Below are positions 1-12,773 of a stretch of DNA of 64,000 nucleotides, one piece after another. Every line of letters starts with the position of its first letter. Positions within the stretch are counted from its first letter, which is position 1. The stretch lies in NCBI GenBank assembly GCA_973895155.1, contig OZ316891.1, forward strand, positions 28,215,145 through 28,279,144, written 5' to 3'. The notes below the pieces were generated by a model. The model was not told the DNA's origin. It was given only the letters and a program-made list of their open reading frames with translations, and searched no databases. A program made the translations under genes and the position numbers. This stretch comes from Marsupella aquatica (Eukaryota; Plantae; Marchantiophyta).

Positions 1-962
1 ATCATATGCGGGACCAGCAAGCAAGTGGGGCAAAAGTGGCTCTAGTGATCATTAATCTCCAAATTACTTGAAACTGGAAATCTTGCCAAGTGAGTGCGCC
101 TGACTACAACTTTTCATGGACCTGGAAATCTTGCCAACTGGAAATCTTGCCAAGTGAGTGGGCCTGACTACAACTTTTCATGGACCTAAAGGACAGTGCT
201 CTACAGGGTTTCACTGTCCCTACAAGTTTTTGCACCTTTGTGTCCGATCTCGTACTGGTAGGTATAGGGGAAACGTCACCTTGTATCCCTACTTCTTCAA
301 GGAGCAAATAATCTGGCATAATTGGAGTAGTTCTCAAAACTGAAACCAAGGGATGGAAATCAAATTCCATGACTTCTAGAAAACAGATACACCTTTAAAG
401 CCACTGCAGTTCTCAAATTGAAGCGAAGGAAGGGCCGGGCGGGGGGGGGGGGAGGGGGTCAAATATACTGAAGGCCTTCTAATTTCTTGGCATTGGATGG
501 GGAGTCAAACAGCCAAAGGCTCTCTCTTCTATTCCCTGACAAAAGAGGCTCGACCTTCACAATCCATTCAGATCTTCATTCAGCCATTCATCTACACCAA
601 GACAAGTAACATACACAATACTAGAGCAAGCAAACAGGCTAGCTTGCTCACTCACCGCGGACAGCGCGTCGCAGAGCTCGTCGTCATCGTCACAATCCGT
701 GGTCGGGAGAGGCTCTCCAAAACGAGAACGCCGGTTGGATCTCTTGATCTTCGCACTGGACTGCTGGGACGACGCTACCACCACACCCACCGGTGCAGCG
801 GCAGCCGCTGCTGTCGACGACGATATCACCCCTACTGCTGCTGCTGCTGCTGTTGTTGTTCTTGCTGCTCGTCCAACTCCGCCGACCGATTTCACCGAGA
901 AGTATTTCGCCTGAGCCACCACCACGAACTGCGGCTCATAGCTGCTGCTGCTGCTGCTGGGC

Positions 963-1295
963 CTGCTTCTGTTGGCAATTAATGCAGGACTGTTTCCTTG
1001 CCTTCCCACCACAGCAGCGGCCATCGCTCCCGTCTCACCGAGCTGCGAGGCATTCCATGAATGGGTAGAGAGGAAGAAAGAAAGAATCGAGCAATGAGAG
1101 GCGACTCAGATCGCGACGCGATGTTGGCTGCTTCTGTTGGTAATTAATGCAGGACCATTCCATTGCCTTCCCACCACCGCAGCGGCCATCGCTCCCGTCT
1201 CATCGAGCTGCGAGGAATTCCATCATTCCATGAATTGGCAGAGAGGAAGAAAGTGTCGAGCTACCAGAGGCGATTGAGATCGCGACGAGATGTTC
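963..1295. repeat. Imperfect tandem duplication (~165-bp unit, 2 copies)
   Basis: gcttctgttgg(c/t)aattaatgcagga...ccttcccaccac.gcagcggccatcgctcccgtctca...agagaggaagaaag...agatcgcgacg occurs twice, at ~963 and ~1130. Confidence 0.75.
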
Positions 1296-3350
1296 ATTTT
1301 CGCGATGTGGGGAAGCAAAATGCTCGGGCTGTTTCCTATATGGCGACAGAATCGTGAAAGGAACGCCAAATTCTGGATTCTCTCGCTGATTTCGCGATCA
1401 CAATTTTTCATTATTCTATTGGTGCTTTCGTGATAACAATTTTTAATTTTTTTAAAATGAAAATCATCGAAACCCCACGAAAAGGGAAGAGTTTGTCATA
1501 ACATTTGAACACTAGATATATGAGTTTCAACACAAGTGAACTACTACACATACATGTCTCTCTGGTAAGCCATAACAATTTGTAACCTGGCCCGGGGACC
1601 AAAGAGGTATGGTCAGAACTATTGCAAATGCACTCTCTTTAATATTCTTGTATATTTTGGAGAATCATATGCAAAGAAAAAAATTTTGGAGGCATTTTCG
1701 GGCCCCAACCACAAAGCTGAACTGAAAAAGATGTTCAAATTGATGAAAGTAAAGTCTAGATGGACCTAGGGGTGTGCTTTGAGCGAAGCCCCCATAGATT
1801 TCCAAAGCTGGAATGGAGTGACTCAAAACATCAAAATCTGTTAGGATAGCATTTTTTTAATAATTTTGATTCATATGTGACCTAAAATTAGTTCGTGGAC
1901 CCCTGGCTACATTTTTTAGGCCTTGTTTGAGCTTGCGTTTTGAGAGGCTAATATGGTCCATACAAGGGTCCATAATGCTCTGCTAGCACACATTAAAACA
2001 CTTAAGATCTATGAGATATTTTCACTAATTTTAGAATATTAATTAATAAACCCAAGGCACAATTTTGTTTACGTTAGTTGATTTGGGCATTGGATGACAC
2101 TATATTTGACCACTAAATTGCCCTAGGTACTCAATTTGAGTTGAGAAGACTACTTTCTCCAGATCAATTGAGAAATCTACTTTCCGAGGTTAATAGTCTC
2201 ATGACCTTGACGCAACTATTCACCAAATGAAGAAGGGCAGCCCTTAATAAGCTTTCAAAAGAGAGAAGTATGATTAAGAAGAGAAGCTGGTAGTCATGTT
2301 GTGTTGGACAAATAGTTTAGCTAGATTTTAAAGCTTGTATTGTTTAGATTAGATTAGATTTTTCACGAAATCAATTGTGGACCCATTCAGCCATGCCTAA
2401 GCAGTTGACATTTTTTCAACTGTCACATGAAAACTTTGCTTTGTAGGCCAAAGTTGACACCATGGTTATCACAAGTAGTTGTCAAAATCAGGCTTTTTCG
2501 CTACATGCAACCAAATTCTCAAGCTACGAGAGTCAATAGTCAATCCGTGGCAAGTCCATTTGAAACCAAATCAATGTCTGATCAAATGAATTGAATAAAT
2601 TCACTGAGTTCAAGTTTTGACCATAGCTTGCAGTTTGCCTAAATTGCAAAAGGCTGGAAATCTTACTCCATATGCCAATTACCCTTTAACAAGGAAGTTA
2701 TCAAGTTAGTTATTAGTCATGTTTATTATTTGAAAAATACTTTTGAAATCTTTGAATTTAATTTTTAAAATTGGATACGTAACTAAAACAGTTACATAGT
2801 GACAGTTTTACCCGTCTTGCTTTTTGCATTTCTAAATTTTTACATTTCTTTTTATGGCATGGCGTCCCAAAATTTACACCCAAATTGACGCAAACACGAA
2901 TGAAAACTGTAAGTTGATTCATAAACTGATGAGTCTTGTTTGTTGCGGTTGGTTGTTGACGTGGCACACTCTAGTGCCAGGAATTTTGGAAGGGACCTCT
3001 CATGGGGTCAGTAAATAGGCTTCCATTAATATGAGTGGCGGCAAGTAGTGGCTCATGCAAACTACTCAGGGAGTCCTTCACAAAAATGAAAGGTCCTTTA
3101 TTAAAGTGGTAAGTTTGTGCTTGTGGCCAAGTTCTGAGGGCCTACTTCATAAAAGTGGAGCTCTCAAACTCCAAACCAGGAGACATGGTCCCAATGGCAA
3201 AGCAACCACATAAAGGGGGTGAAGGAAGGGGAAGAGCCCCCCAGAAGACCAAAGAGGTCAAACAAGTCAAGAAGCACCCCACAAAAGCAAAGGAACAAAG
3301 AGAAAAATAAGGAGCACACTAAGAAACTGAGAAGTCTAACACCCTAGTAG

Positions 3351-3726
3351 TGTCATGCCAAGGGACAGTGCCTCTTATGCACATCGGCATGTCCCTCGCC
3401 TGCCCGCTAGGTATGTAGTTAGGGCTCGTGTACTACCTGAGTTAGCGACATGTTCTTGTAGCAAGTCTGGGCCGTTCTTGAAGCAAATGTGCTTGTTAGT
3501 GTGACGCCAGGACTTTGCTTGCTTAGGGCATGTCTTTCTTTGTGGGTTTTCAGTTCTTCTTGAATCGTTGTTGACAGAGCTCAGACAGTGCTCGTCAGTT
3601 CCGTACACGGGATTCACACAGTGATTCGTTAGATGCTCCCGGCCGATCTTGGCATCCCGCTGGTTTTTGATTCGATTTCAGTACGATTGTTTCTCTTACG
3701 CCTTTTATTCAAGAAGAACTGCCGAG
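3351..3726 (+). other. Conserved structured 5' terminal region of the retroelement
   Basis: Nearly identical to 34270-34646, while the downstream leader diverges. A perfect 15-bp inverted repeat (3551-3565 / 3707-3721) encloses several small hairpins, and there is a terminal hairpin (a/g)agggacagtgcc...ggcatgtccctc. Confidence 0.7.
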
Positions 3727-5063
3727 ATAGTGGTGAGGGGAAGAAGATTGCTCGTGACGATTTCAACAATTTCTGGTGAAGCCATTGCAATTTCTTCGAC
3801 GGACATCAGAGTGATGAGTTAAAAGTTATGGGTTTATTGTGGTGTTATGTGTATACTTAAGTGTATACACATAACACTCCCTTGGGGGGCCCGGGTTTTT
3901 CGTTTCCGGCCACAATCTTCTTTGACCTGCTAATCCCGCTTCCGACTGTCACTGCCGATCTGCTGCCGCGGATTGCTTCCGGCTACTGCGCCCTCGCTTT
4001 GAATTAATGTGTTTGGTCCCTTTCCTCCCGTTTTCTTTCTTCCGGTCGACCGCCGCCTGGTTCCTCTCTTTCCCCCGTCGTTGCTCCTCGGCTGCTCGGC
4101 ACCCTGCATAGGGTCGCGCGCCACTTTTCTTGTTACGTCGAGTACAAAGCGACAGTCGAGAGGGAGGGGGCACATTAAGGAGGGGAGGGGAGTTAAGTCG
4201 ACTCCCTTCTCGGGAGTACATACGACTCCCTCCTTGGGAGTTTCTGCCAGAGGGCACGAAGCCCCAATTGCTTTTAGAGGGGAGGGGGAAGCGAAAGGAG
4301 GGCACGAAGCCCACTTCACCAACATTAAAGAAGGGGGAGGGGGGAGTTGAAGCAAAAGGAGGGCACGAGGCCCTATGAGTAATTAAGAGAGGGGGAGTAC
4401 ATTCGACTCCCTCCTCTCGGGAGTCACAGTCCTGCCAGGCACGAGCACAAGGGCACGAGGCCCTATGAAGCAATAAAGAGTGGGGAAGGAGGAGTACATT
4501 CGAACTCCCTCACACGGGAGCCCTTTTGCTAGGCGCGAGGCCCTATGCAGGGCTCGAGCTATTAACTCTTGGGGGTCCCATTTCTCTTTTTCCCTTCTCC
4601 TACCTTCATCGTTTTTCTTTCCATACGCACGCCGTTGCATTCTTCATCTTTTGGCCGGATTTTTCCTTTTGCCTCGCTGTGTTTGTTGTGTATAGGGTCG
4701 CGTGCCTATACACATTCGGGCTTCGGCCGGTCCGCCTTAAACCAGATGTGTATACACTTAGGGGCGGGCCCGTTTTGCACCATATTTCTTTCCCGGGGTC
4801 TGGTCGCTACATAGGGATGCGAGCACGGTTTGTGTATACACCTAGGGCTTGTGCATACACATAGGGGACCCCATTTTGCCGTTTTCTCTTGTTTTCTTCT
4901 GCTTCATTTATTTTGACCCTTTTAGGCAAGGCCGGTATACACATCGGGGCCAATTTCATTCTGTTTAACCCCGGCCTCCTTGCCTCACGCTGTTGCTCCA
5001 TTTGTGGGTTAATTTTCTAGCCTTGGGGCTGCCATTCCTTTTTCTTGTCAATTTCTTTCCTAT

Positions 5064-5079
5064 TGGCACCCCGAGTGAG
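5064..5079 (+). promoter_or_regulatory. Putative primer-binding site (tRNA-Arg-like)
   Basis: TGGCACCCCGAGTGAG begins 24 nt before the gag ATG; copy B has TGGCACCCCGGGTTAG (36175). Homology between the copies resumes exactly here. TGG is the complement of the tRNA CCA end. tRNA identity is from memory and unverified. Confidence 0.55.
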
Positions 5080-8000
5080 CATGCAGCATGTCAGCCGACG
5101 AGCCGGGAGGTAGCAGCTCACTGCCACCAACACCCCGGTACCACTTACGGAGTGATCCACGACCGTTGGTGCCAATTTCATTGGAGTCTCGGCAATTCCG
5201 ACGACGTCAGCAGACAACAGCACCAACACCCACACCACGCCATCCTTCTGCTACATTTGGCCATCGCTTCACCACTACTCCAAAGCCTGCTATCACTTCA
5301 TTGCCATTTACCCCTTCTGCATCAGTGGTTGTTCCTGCTTCACCGACATACAACATGGATGCCAGCCACTCATCTGGCCGCATTGAGTGCTTCAGCGGGC
5401 GGCCACACACTGTCTCTTTATGTGAGTTCAAATCCACTTTTTACACTGTCGTTTATGAATTGGAGTTGAAGTATGGCAGCAATTTCACAAATGCTTTTGC
5501 ATTTAAGCAGCTAGCCAGGTATGTGCACCATGAGGCTTTAGATGTGTATGAGCAGCACTCTCAATGGCTGCTTGCTGTCACACAGTTGCCTAACCCTACC
5601 TATGCCAGTGCAATTGCGGCAGCCTCACAATTGGCCTTACAGAATGCCATTGCAGCCCATGCTGCTGCTCCTGCCACTTCCCCTCCTACTCCAGTTCCTA
5701 CCACTACGCCAGTTACTCCCACTGTCTTGGCACAAGCTACATCAGGCATTTCTCCCACCATTGATTCTCCTGCCTTTGCTGATCCAGTGGCTGAGTTTTT
5801 CCAGGTTCTTGAATTGGAATTCCCAATCAAGAGTGCTGACAAAATCATGCAGTTGGCGACCTTTGTGAGGCAGCGCGATGAAACCTTGAAGATGATGTAT
5901 TGTCGGCTTCTCAAGCTGAAGGAGGACACCTAGAGCATCACTGACCTGGAAGCTGCTCATCGCTATCTTCGCGCATTGGAGGGCACACCAGCTCTCCATT
6001 CGCAAGTGTTGCAGCAAGTATTCTCAGAGTTTGGAGACAGCTACACCCTGCTCAATGTCTATGACACTGCTGAGAAACTTGAGTTGGCCCATGCACATTA
6101 TGAGGTGTACGTCCACCGCGATCCAGGTACCAGGCCGCTGCCCCTACACTGGCCACCCCTTCCCGTGTGCCACAGTATGGTTCCAAGACCAAGCCAGCCC
6201 ATGCTGCTTTCATGCTGCCATCTTGCAACTACTGTGGTAACCCCAATCACAAGGCTAATGAGTGTGATATTGTTGCTGAGGACCTGTCTTGTGATTTTTG
6301 CGGGAAAGTGGGTCACTTGGAGGCAGTTTGTTTTGCCAAATTCCCAGAGAGGAAACAACTACGACAGCAGGCCCCTCATCCTGCTCCTGCTTCCACTCCC
6401 CCACTAGCTAGGAGGGCTCCTATTGCATCCACTACTCCTCCTCCCAGTGGCAAAGCACCCGGTGCTAACAAATTGCCCAAGCAGCCACAGAAGCAACCAG
6501 CTCAGAAGGAGGCTCACAACGCACAGGCCACTCAACTCCAGTCTCTGACTCATGAGGTTGAGTCCTTACGTGCCCAACTTGCCAACATCAAAGGCAAGTC
6601 CACTGCCTCTGCTGGTCCTTCTCAACCGGCTGGTCACGTGCAGCCCATCCCGGGCCCAGGCACCGTTGACAGTTCAGCACCTCTATCCCGCTCTTTCTAT
6701 GGCTTGCCATTTGATGCTCATATGGGTGAGTGTGTGCTGTCCTCTGCTCCCCAGCCTGGCCTTACAGCAGAATTTTCAGATTCATTCTGCCCTTCCTATT
6801 TTGATTACCAGCAGGCCAATGCTGCCTCCCGTATTGCTCCCACACGCCGCATTGTACAGGCTGATGGTCTTGTTGCCGGTCCTATGACTAGAGCCAGGGG
6901 AGCTCGGGCTATCATGCCCCAATCTTTTCAGCCACTCACACTTGCTGAAGAGCGCACCTTGTTGGCGAGGGGGGAGGGAGCTGCAGCTACATCCATTCCA
7001 CCACCAGGTGCTGCTGACATTTCACAGGGAGTTGTTTCTCCTGAGCTGCTTGAGCATTTCACCTCCGGTATGGCACAAAGGATTCTTACAACTCCACTTT
7101 TCAGTTGCCATGATTTACAGCTGGATGCTAGAGCTGTCATCAGAGCGCTAGAGGGCTCACTGCATTCTTCATCAGCCCCTGTGACACCGGTTTTGGAGGT
7201 CCAATCTCATGTACATACTGGATCTTCTTCTTCTCCATTACATGCTTCCACTGGTTTGGCTATCCCAGTACCAATTTCTAGTGGTAGAGATGATAGTATT
7301 GCTGCAGATTGTGTGACCAGAGCTACACTGGATTCTGATCATGCTGCTCCATATTTCCTGACTATGCTGTTGAGTGGAAAGACCATGGACACTAACTCCC
7401 TTCACAAGGTACCTCATCATTTGCCAAAAGTGGTGCCTAGCGACAGGACTTCAGTTTCCACCACCATTGCCATTGTTGACAACAGGAATTCAGCGGTCAA
7501 GTTGGAGGGTCACACTCCTCAGGTGGTCATGCTGGACACAGGCGCTCAACCAGTGATATTGGGCATTCAGTTTGCCAAGAAGATGGGACTGCTGACTGAT
7601 CATTTACAACAATCCAGGTGGCACATTTGGACTGCTAGTGGCACTGTGGAGGATGTGCTGGGTGAGAGTTCTACTTTACTCACTCTCACTTTTAATGGAG
7701 GTACAGATCAGGAATTGCATTTCCCAGTCAGATGTTTGGTTACCAATGCCACTACGTATGATGTGCTCATTGGCCAGGAGGCTTTGTTCCCACCAGGTTT
7801 TACCATTGACAATTGGCATGAGCATGCATACTACAGAGTTGATTGGCATACGGATGGCTCACACTTGGGCTACATTCCACTTGATTTGCATGGTGCCCAT
7901 ACACCTATGGCTCACCACTGTGTGTTGCAAGCAGTGCACACAGCTACCTATGTCAACCACCCATTGCAGGATTGGATTGAGGAGGATGATGATGAGGTGG

Positions 8001-8196
8001 CTACTGCACATGCTGCTGCACGTATAGCAGCACTTTCCAGCAACGTGGATCATCAACCAGAGGTGGTACAACGGCTCCAAGCAGCCCATGGACCTTTGGT
8101 GGCTGCATTGCGCAAATTTGAGGATCTTGGGCAGCACAATGGCCAACCAATAGCCCCAATCTTGAGCGCACCAATTACATGGACTCCTGCTCCGGA

Positions 8197-8493
8197 CTCG
8201 GGGGTTTCACTTCCACAAAAATGGCATATCACGTGCGACGAAGGATAGGGTCATTTTATTGGTTGTAAGGGAAGACTTAAGAATTTTTGTAGAAGAACAA
8301 TAGGGTCTTTTAAATTCAATTTTGAGACTTATAAGAACATTAGGGCCTTTTTAGTCCATTTTTTGGAATATTCCAAGAATATTCCAACTTTATAGGGGTT
8401 AAAAAATAATAATTTTTTCTTACATTTTAGGGGGTCCGAGGCCTAAAAACGTCGCAGGTGATGGGTAGGTCCCCATATAGTGAGACCCCTGAG
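8197..8493. mobile_element. MITE (297 bp, 8-bp TSD, hAT-like) inserted at the PR/DNMT boundary
   Basis: TIR ctcgggggtttcact / agtgagacccctgag. TSD GCTCCGGA at 8189-8196 and 8494-8501. Absent from copy B (empty site ~39315). Confidence 0.9.
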
Positions 8494-8501
8494 GCTCCGG
8501 A

Positions 8502-9480
8502 TGGCCTTACATTGCTTGAGCTTTTTGGTGGCATTTCTGCAGGCCTGGAAGCTCTCCTACAGTCTGGCATGGTGGTGAAGTAGTACATCTATGTGGATAT
8601 TGATCCAGGTGCAAGGCAAGTGGCTGAATCCCGTCTGCTAGAATTTTCGGAGCGATTTCCTCAACAGTTTCCACACAGTGCATGGAAGTCTGCATTTTCT
8701 TTCTTTCCTCCAGATATCCAGCTTGTCCAACACCGGCACTTAACCCTTCTTGGCTCCCTTGATTTGATCATAGCTGGTTGGGAATGCCAAGGGTTTTTAG
8801 TTGCTGGTCACGGTGCTGGACTGCATGATTCTCATTCTGGCCTTTTCACAGCATTGGTTCAGATTCTCACCTGGGCTCAATCCCTTTATCCTACTGTTGG
8901 TTATATCATTGAGAATACTCCATCTCAGTTTGACCAGCGTCCACAGGTCAAAGAGGATTTCAGTGTGGTCCAGCACTACTTGGGACCACCCCTTCTCATT
9001 GATGCAGTGCACTGTGGTTCTTATGCACATCGTCTTCGTAACTTCTGGACTAACCTTGCTCCACCTTCCTTGTTGGAGTTAGCTCTTCACCACACATCCA
9101 GGGACACTAACCTCACAATGGACCAGATTTTGGATCCTGACAGTTCTTGCCAACTGGTTACACGGCAAGAGCCAGCACCTTGGTATCCAGCTAATACCAT
9201 TGGACAGCGCCATGCTACTTGGCCTACATTTGTGTCCTTTCCAGGTGCACATGCTTTTCAGGGTGATGGTCCTGGTCTGGTTTATCGACATTCTACCGGT
9301 ACATGGGATGAACCTAGTCCTGAGGAGAGAGAATGGGCTATGGGCTTCCAACCCGGTACTACAAGTCACACCAAAATCACCAGGCTGGCCAGGAATGCTT
9401 TACTTGGCAGGGTAATGGATCTTAATGCTCTCACTTGGCTTCTGGTCACTTGCATCCTTTTTCAGATGTACATTCATCCA
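8502..9480 (+). pseudogene. C5 cytosine DNA methyltransferase domain (DNMT3-like) within the polyprotein
   Basis: Motifs appear in order: I LLELFGGISAG, II YVDID, IV DLIIAGWECQGF (catalytic Cys kept, PC changed to EC), VI YIIENT, VIII AHRLRNFWTNL (DNMT3 has AHRARYFWGNL), IX EREWAMGFQPGTT, X RNALLGRVM. Confidence 0.9.
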
Positions 9481-12400
9481 GCATCAGGAGTTCCAGCCCT
9501 ACCCCCGGCCCTACCACTCCATGGTGCTGCTACATGGCATCTAGACCAGGTGCACTTACCTCTGTCCAACACTCACCACTTCAGTCCAAGTGTTGGGGGG
9601 GAGGCGGTCCCTTGTAATGTGGCTGACATTATTTCTGAGTTTCATGGTGTGGATCAGACCAGAGCAATAGATACAGCAGGCCTTGGAGAGGCCTCATCAC
9701 CTTATCAGCAGCATGCTAGCAGCTTGGATAGTGGAGAGGCTGGCACTTCTGGCTCTTCAAGCACGAGTACATCAGGTCCTATTCCTAGTGTTGCCAACTA
9801 CACATTCATCATGGGCAACCACCTGAGTAAAAGATAGAAGGACCAGCTGCTGAATTTGCTCCTCAAGCATGAGAATGTGTTTGCTTTCTCTATGAAGGAC
9901 TTGGGTAAGTGCAAGACTATGCAGTTCTCCATTGAGTTGGCTGATGAAACACCTATCTTTAGGCGGAGACACCGTTTGAGTAAGCATGAGTGGCAGCTGG
10001 TGGATGAGAGATGCCAAGAGCTCTATGAAGCTGGTCTTATTCAGCCCTCTACATCAGATTTTGCAGCAGCTACAGTGATGCCAGCAAAGAAGGATTCCAG
10101 TGGATTGTGGACAGAGAAGCGCATGTGTGGGGACTACAGGCCATTGAACCTGGTCACACCCCAGGACAGGTACCCCATGCCACGGCTAGAGGAGCTATTT
10201 GACAGCATTGGAGACTCAAACATCTTCACTCTTGTGGATCTAAGGCAAGGCTTTAACCAGATTTTGCTGCTTGCAAAGGACCGCAAGAAAACAGCTTTCC
10301 ATGGTAGTAACCAACTATGGGAGTGGTTGGTGATGCCATTTGGCTTGAAGAATGCGCCCATATTCTTTCAAAGAGTCATGGACCAGGTTCTTCAAGGTGC
10401 TGAGTTTCTGAAATGCTACATTGATGATGTGTTGGTCCACAACAAAGGATTTGACCAGCATCTACTTGACCTTGAGGAGCTATTCATGAGGCTTAAGAAG
10501 GTGAACCTAAAGATACACCCCAAGAAGTGTGAATTTGCTGTCAGATCAGTAGTATACCTTGGGCACCGCATTCTTCCAAATGGAACCATGGCTCACTGGG
10601 CCAAGGTGGTATCCATCTTGGAAATGCCCACTCCAACTGATGTTCACACTCTTAGGAGCTTTATTGGGTTGTGCAATTACTACCGGATCTACATCAAAGA
10701 TTTTAGTACCATTGCACATCCATTGTACTCTTTGTTGAAAAAGAATGTGACTTGGACATGGAGTACAGATGCTGAGGCAGCATTTGCCACTTTGAAGGAG
10801 AAGCTCTCAGAATACCCGGTGCTGAGAAGACCTGATTTCATCAAGGTCTTTGTGCTACACACAGATTGGAGTGCCCTTGGGATTGGTGCCATTCTGGGCC
10901 AGCATGATGAGGAAGGTAAAGAGTACGTCATTGCCTATGCATCCAGGAGCAACAATCAGGCAGAGAGTCATTATTCTTCTTATGAGGGTGAATGCCTTGC
11001 TGTTGTGTGGGCTGTCATACATTACAGGCCCTACCTCTATGGGACCAGGTTTACTCTCTACACCGACCACCAGCCCTTGAAGTGGTTGATGACTAACGAT
11101 AAGCTTACTGGCAAGCTTGCTTGTTGGGCACTCATCCTCCAGGAGTATGACTTTGAGGTAATTCATAGGCCTGGTTTGACACATCAGAATGCTGACACTA
11201 TGTCCCGTAGCCCTTTGATTACCTCTGATGATTCCTCAGATGCACGGCAAGATTTTGACCAGGTTTCCATCCTGCCTACATTTCATGCATCGACCTATCT
11301 TGCTTTGTTGCCATGCTATGTTGTTGACCAACCTGTGGTGGACATATGGGAGGACAGCGACACTCTGAGATTTCTGCAACATGGGGAGTACCCCACACAT
11401 GTTACTACTGCCCAGAGAGACCAAATTCAGCAAAGGTCCAAGCGCTACTTGTGGAAGGGAGATCATCTCGTGCGCTGCTTGCCAGACAAGGAAGTGGTGG
11501 TTCCACCCATTCATGAGAGGGTTGGCCTTATTCGTAAGGTACATTCTGAGCTTGGTCATTTTGGCGTTAAGAGGACTTACAGCCTCTTGGTCCCTCATTA
11601 TCATTGGAGAGGCATGCATGGCCAGGTTCGAGATGTTATTGCCCGGTGTGAGAAGTGTGATAGGGTAAGGACTTCTTTCACGTCTCGGCAACCCACACTT
11701 CACCCACTCCCTATTCAGGGCATGTTTTATCGTTGGTCATGTGATTTGGCTGGAGAATTACCCCTCACATCTCGGGGTAATCTCTACATCATGATCATGA
11801 TAGAGCATTTCTCCAAGTGGATAGAACTTGTGGCATTGCCGGATAAGACCTCCCGTAGCACCAGCCAGACATTCCTACAACAAGTTCTCAGCCGCTTTGG
11901 AGCTTGTGCAGAATGTCTCACTGACCAGGGCTCAGAGTTTAGAGGAGAGTTCCAGGAGCTGCTTGATCAGGCCCTCATTGATCATCGCCGGACATCACGA
12001 GATCACCCATAGGCAGATGGCTTGACAGAGCGCATGGTTCAGACATGCAAGAAGGGCCTCCGGAAGATCTGCCTCACCAAAAACAAGGAGGATTGGGACC
12101 TGGCCTTACCCTACATTGCCATGGGGTATAGGATGTCCAGACATGCATCACTGTCTAACTTTTCTCCCTATTTCTTGTTGTTTGGTCGTCACCCAGTTCC
12201 ACCTTCTGCTATTGCTGCTCACATGCTTCAGGTGGTGGACTTGGATTCAGCTGTGACTTGGTCTGATGTGATCTCTGAGAGGGCTGCCCTATTCAGGAGG
12301 GTTATGCCCATGGCCATGGAGAATTTGGCCATTGCACAGCACAGGGACACACTGCGTTATGCACACACACGAGGGGGCACTTTTCAGCCCAAGGTCAGGA

Positions 12401-12636
12401 AGTTTGATGTGGGAGATTTTGTGTACTTGCAGCGGCAAGCTAACGACACCCTGGACACCTCTACCAGTCGTACTATTCTCAGGGTTAAAGCTATTCGACC
12501 GTCTGGAGTGCTAGAGTTACAAGGGGCAGATGGGCGCACAATTGCTGACAATGCCAAGAATTGCGCCCCTTGTCATCTGCCTAACCTAGATCCCACCATT
12601 GTGACTTCTACTTGGATTCCACCTGTGGACTATCCT

Positions 12637-12773
12637 TGCAAGGTGTGTTTGCGAATTGATGATGCTGACCAAATGCTGCTGTGTGACCATTGCAATGGAG
12701 GGTACCATCTTTTCTGCCTTCGGCCTGAACTTATCCAGGTGCCAGAAGGGTTATGGTTTTGCCCTTCTTGTGC
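12637..12773 (+). other. PHD finger at the integrase C-terminus
   Basis: CKVC...MLLCDHCNGGYHLFCL...VPEGLWFCPSC matches the C4HC3 pattern with the conserved W. Confidence 0.92.

Noticed and set aside
497-1068. Overlapping ORFs with poly-Ala, poly-Cys or poly-Leu runs
   Set aside because: They arise from GCT/TGT microsatellites in GC-rich sequence and have no recognisable domain. The minus-strand 557-1024 ORF might be a first exon but cannot be supported.
2950-2976. Possible CACTA or Helitron terminus (...cacactCTAGTG)
   Set aside because: No matching second terminus or TSD in the window and no clear Helitron hairpin.
3630-3646. Alternative PBS TAGATGCTCCCGGCCGA
   Set aside because: It resembles a tRNA acceptor-stem complement but lacks the TGG and lies inside a local hairpin; the motif at 5064 fits better.
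3930-4864. ORFs in the retroelement leader (env-like or extra ORF)
   Set aside because: They are not conserved at the protein level in copy B and are explained by GC-rich hairpin repeats.
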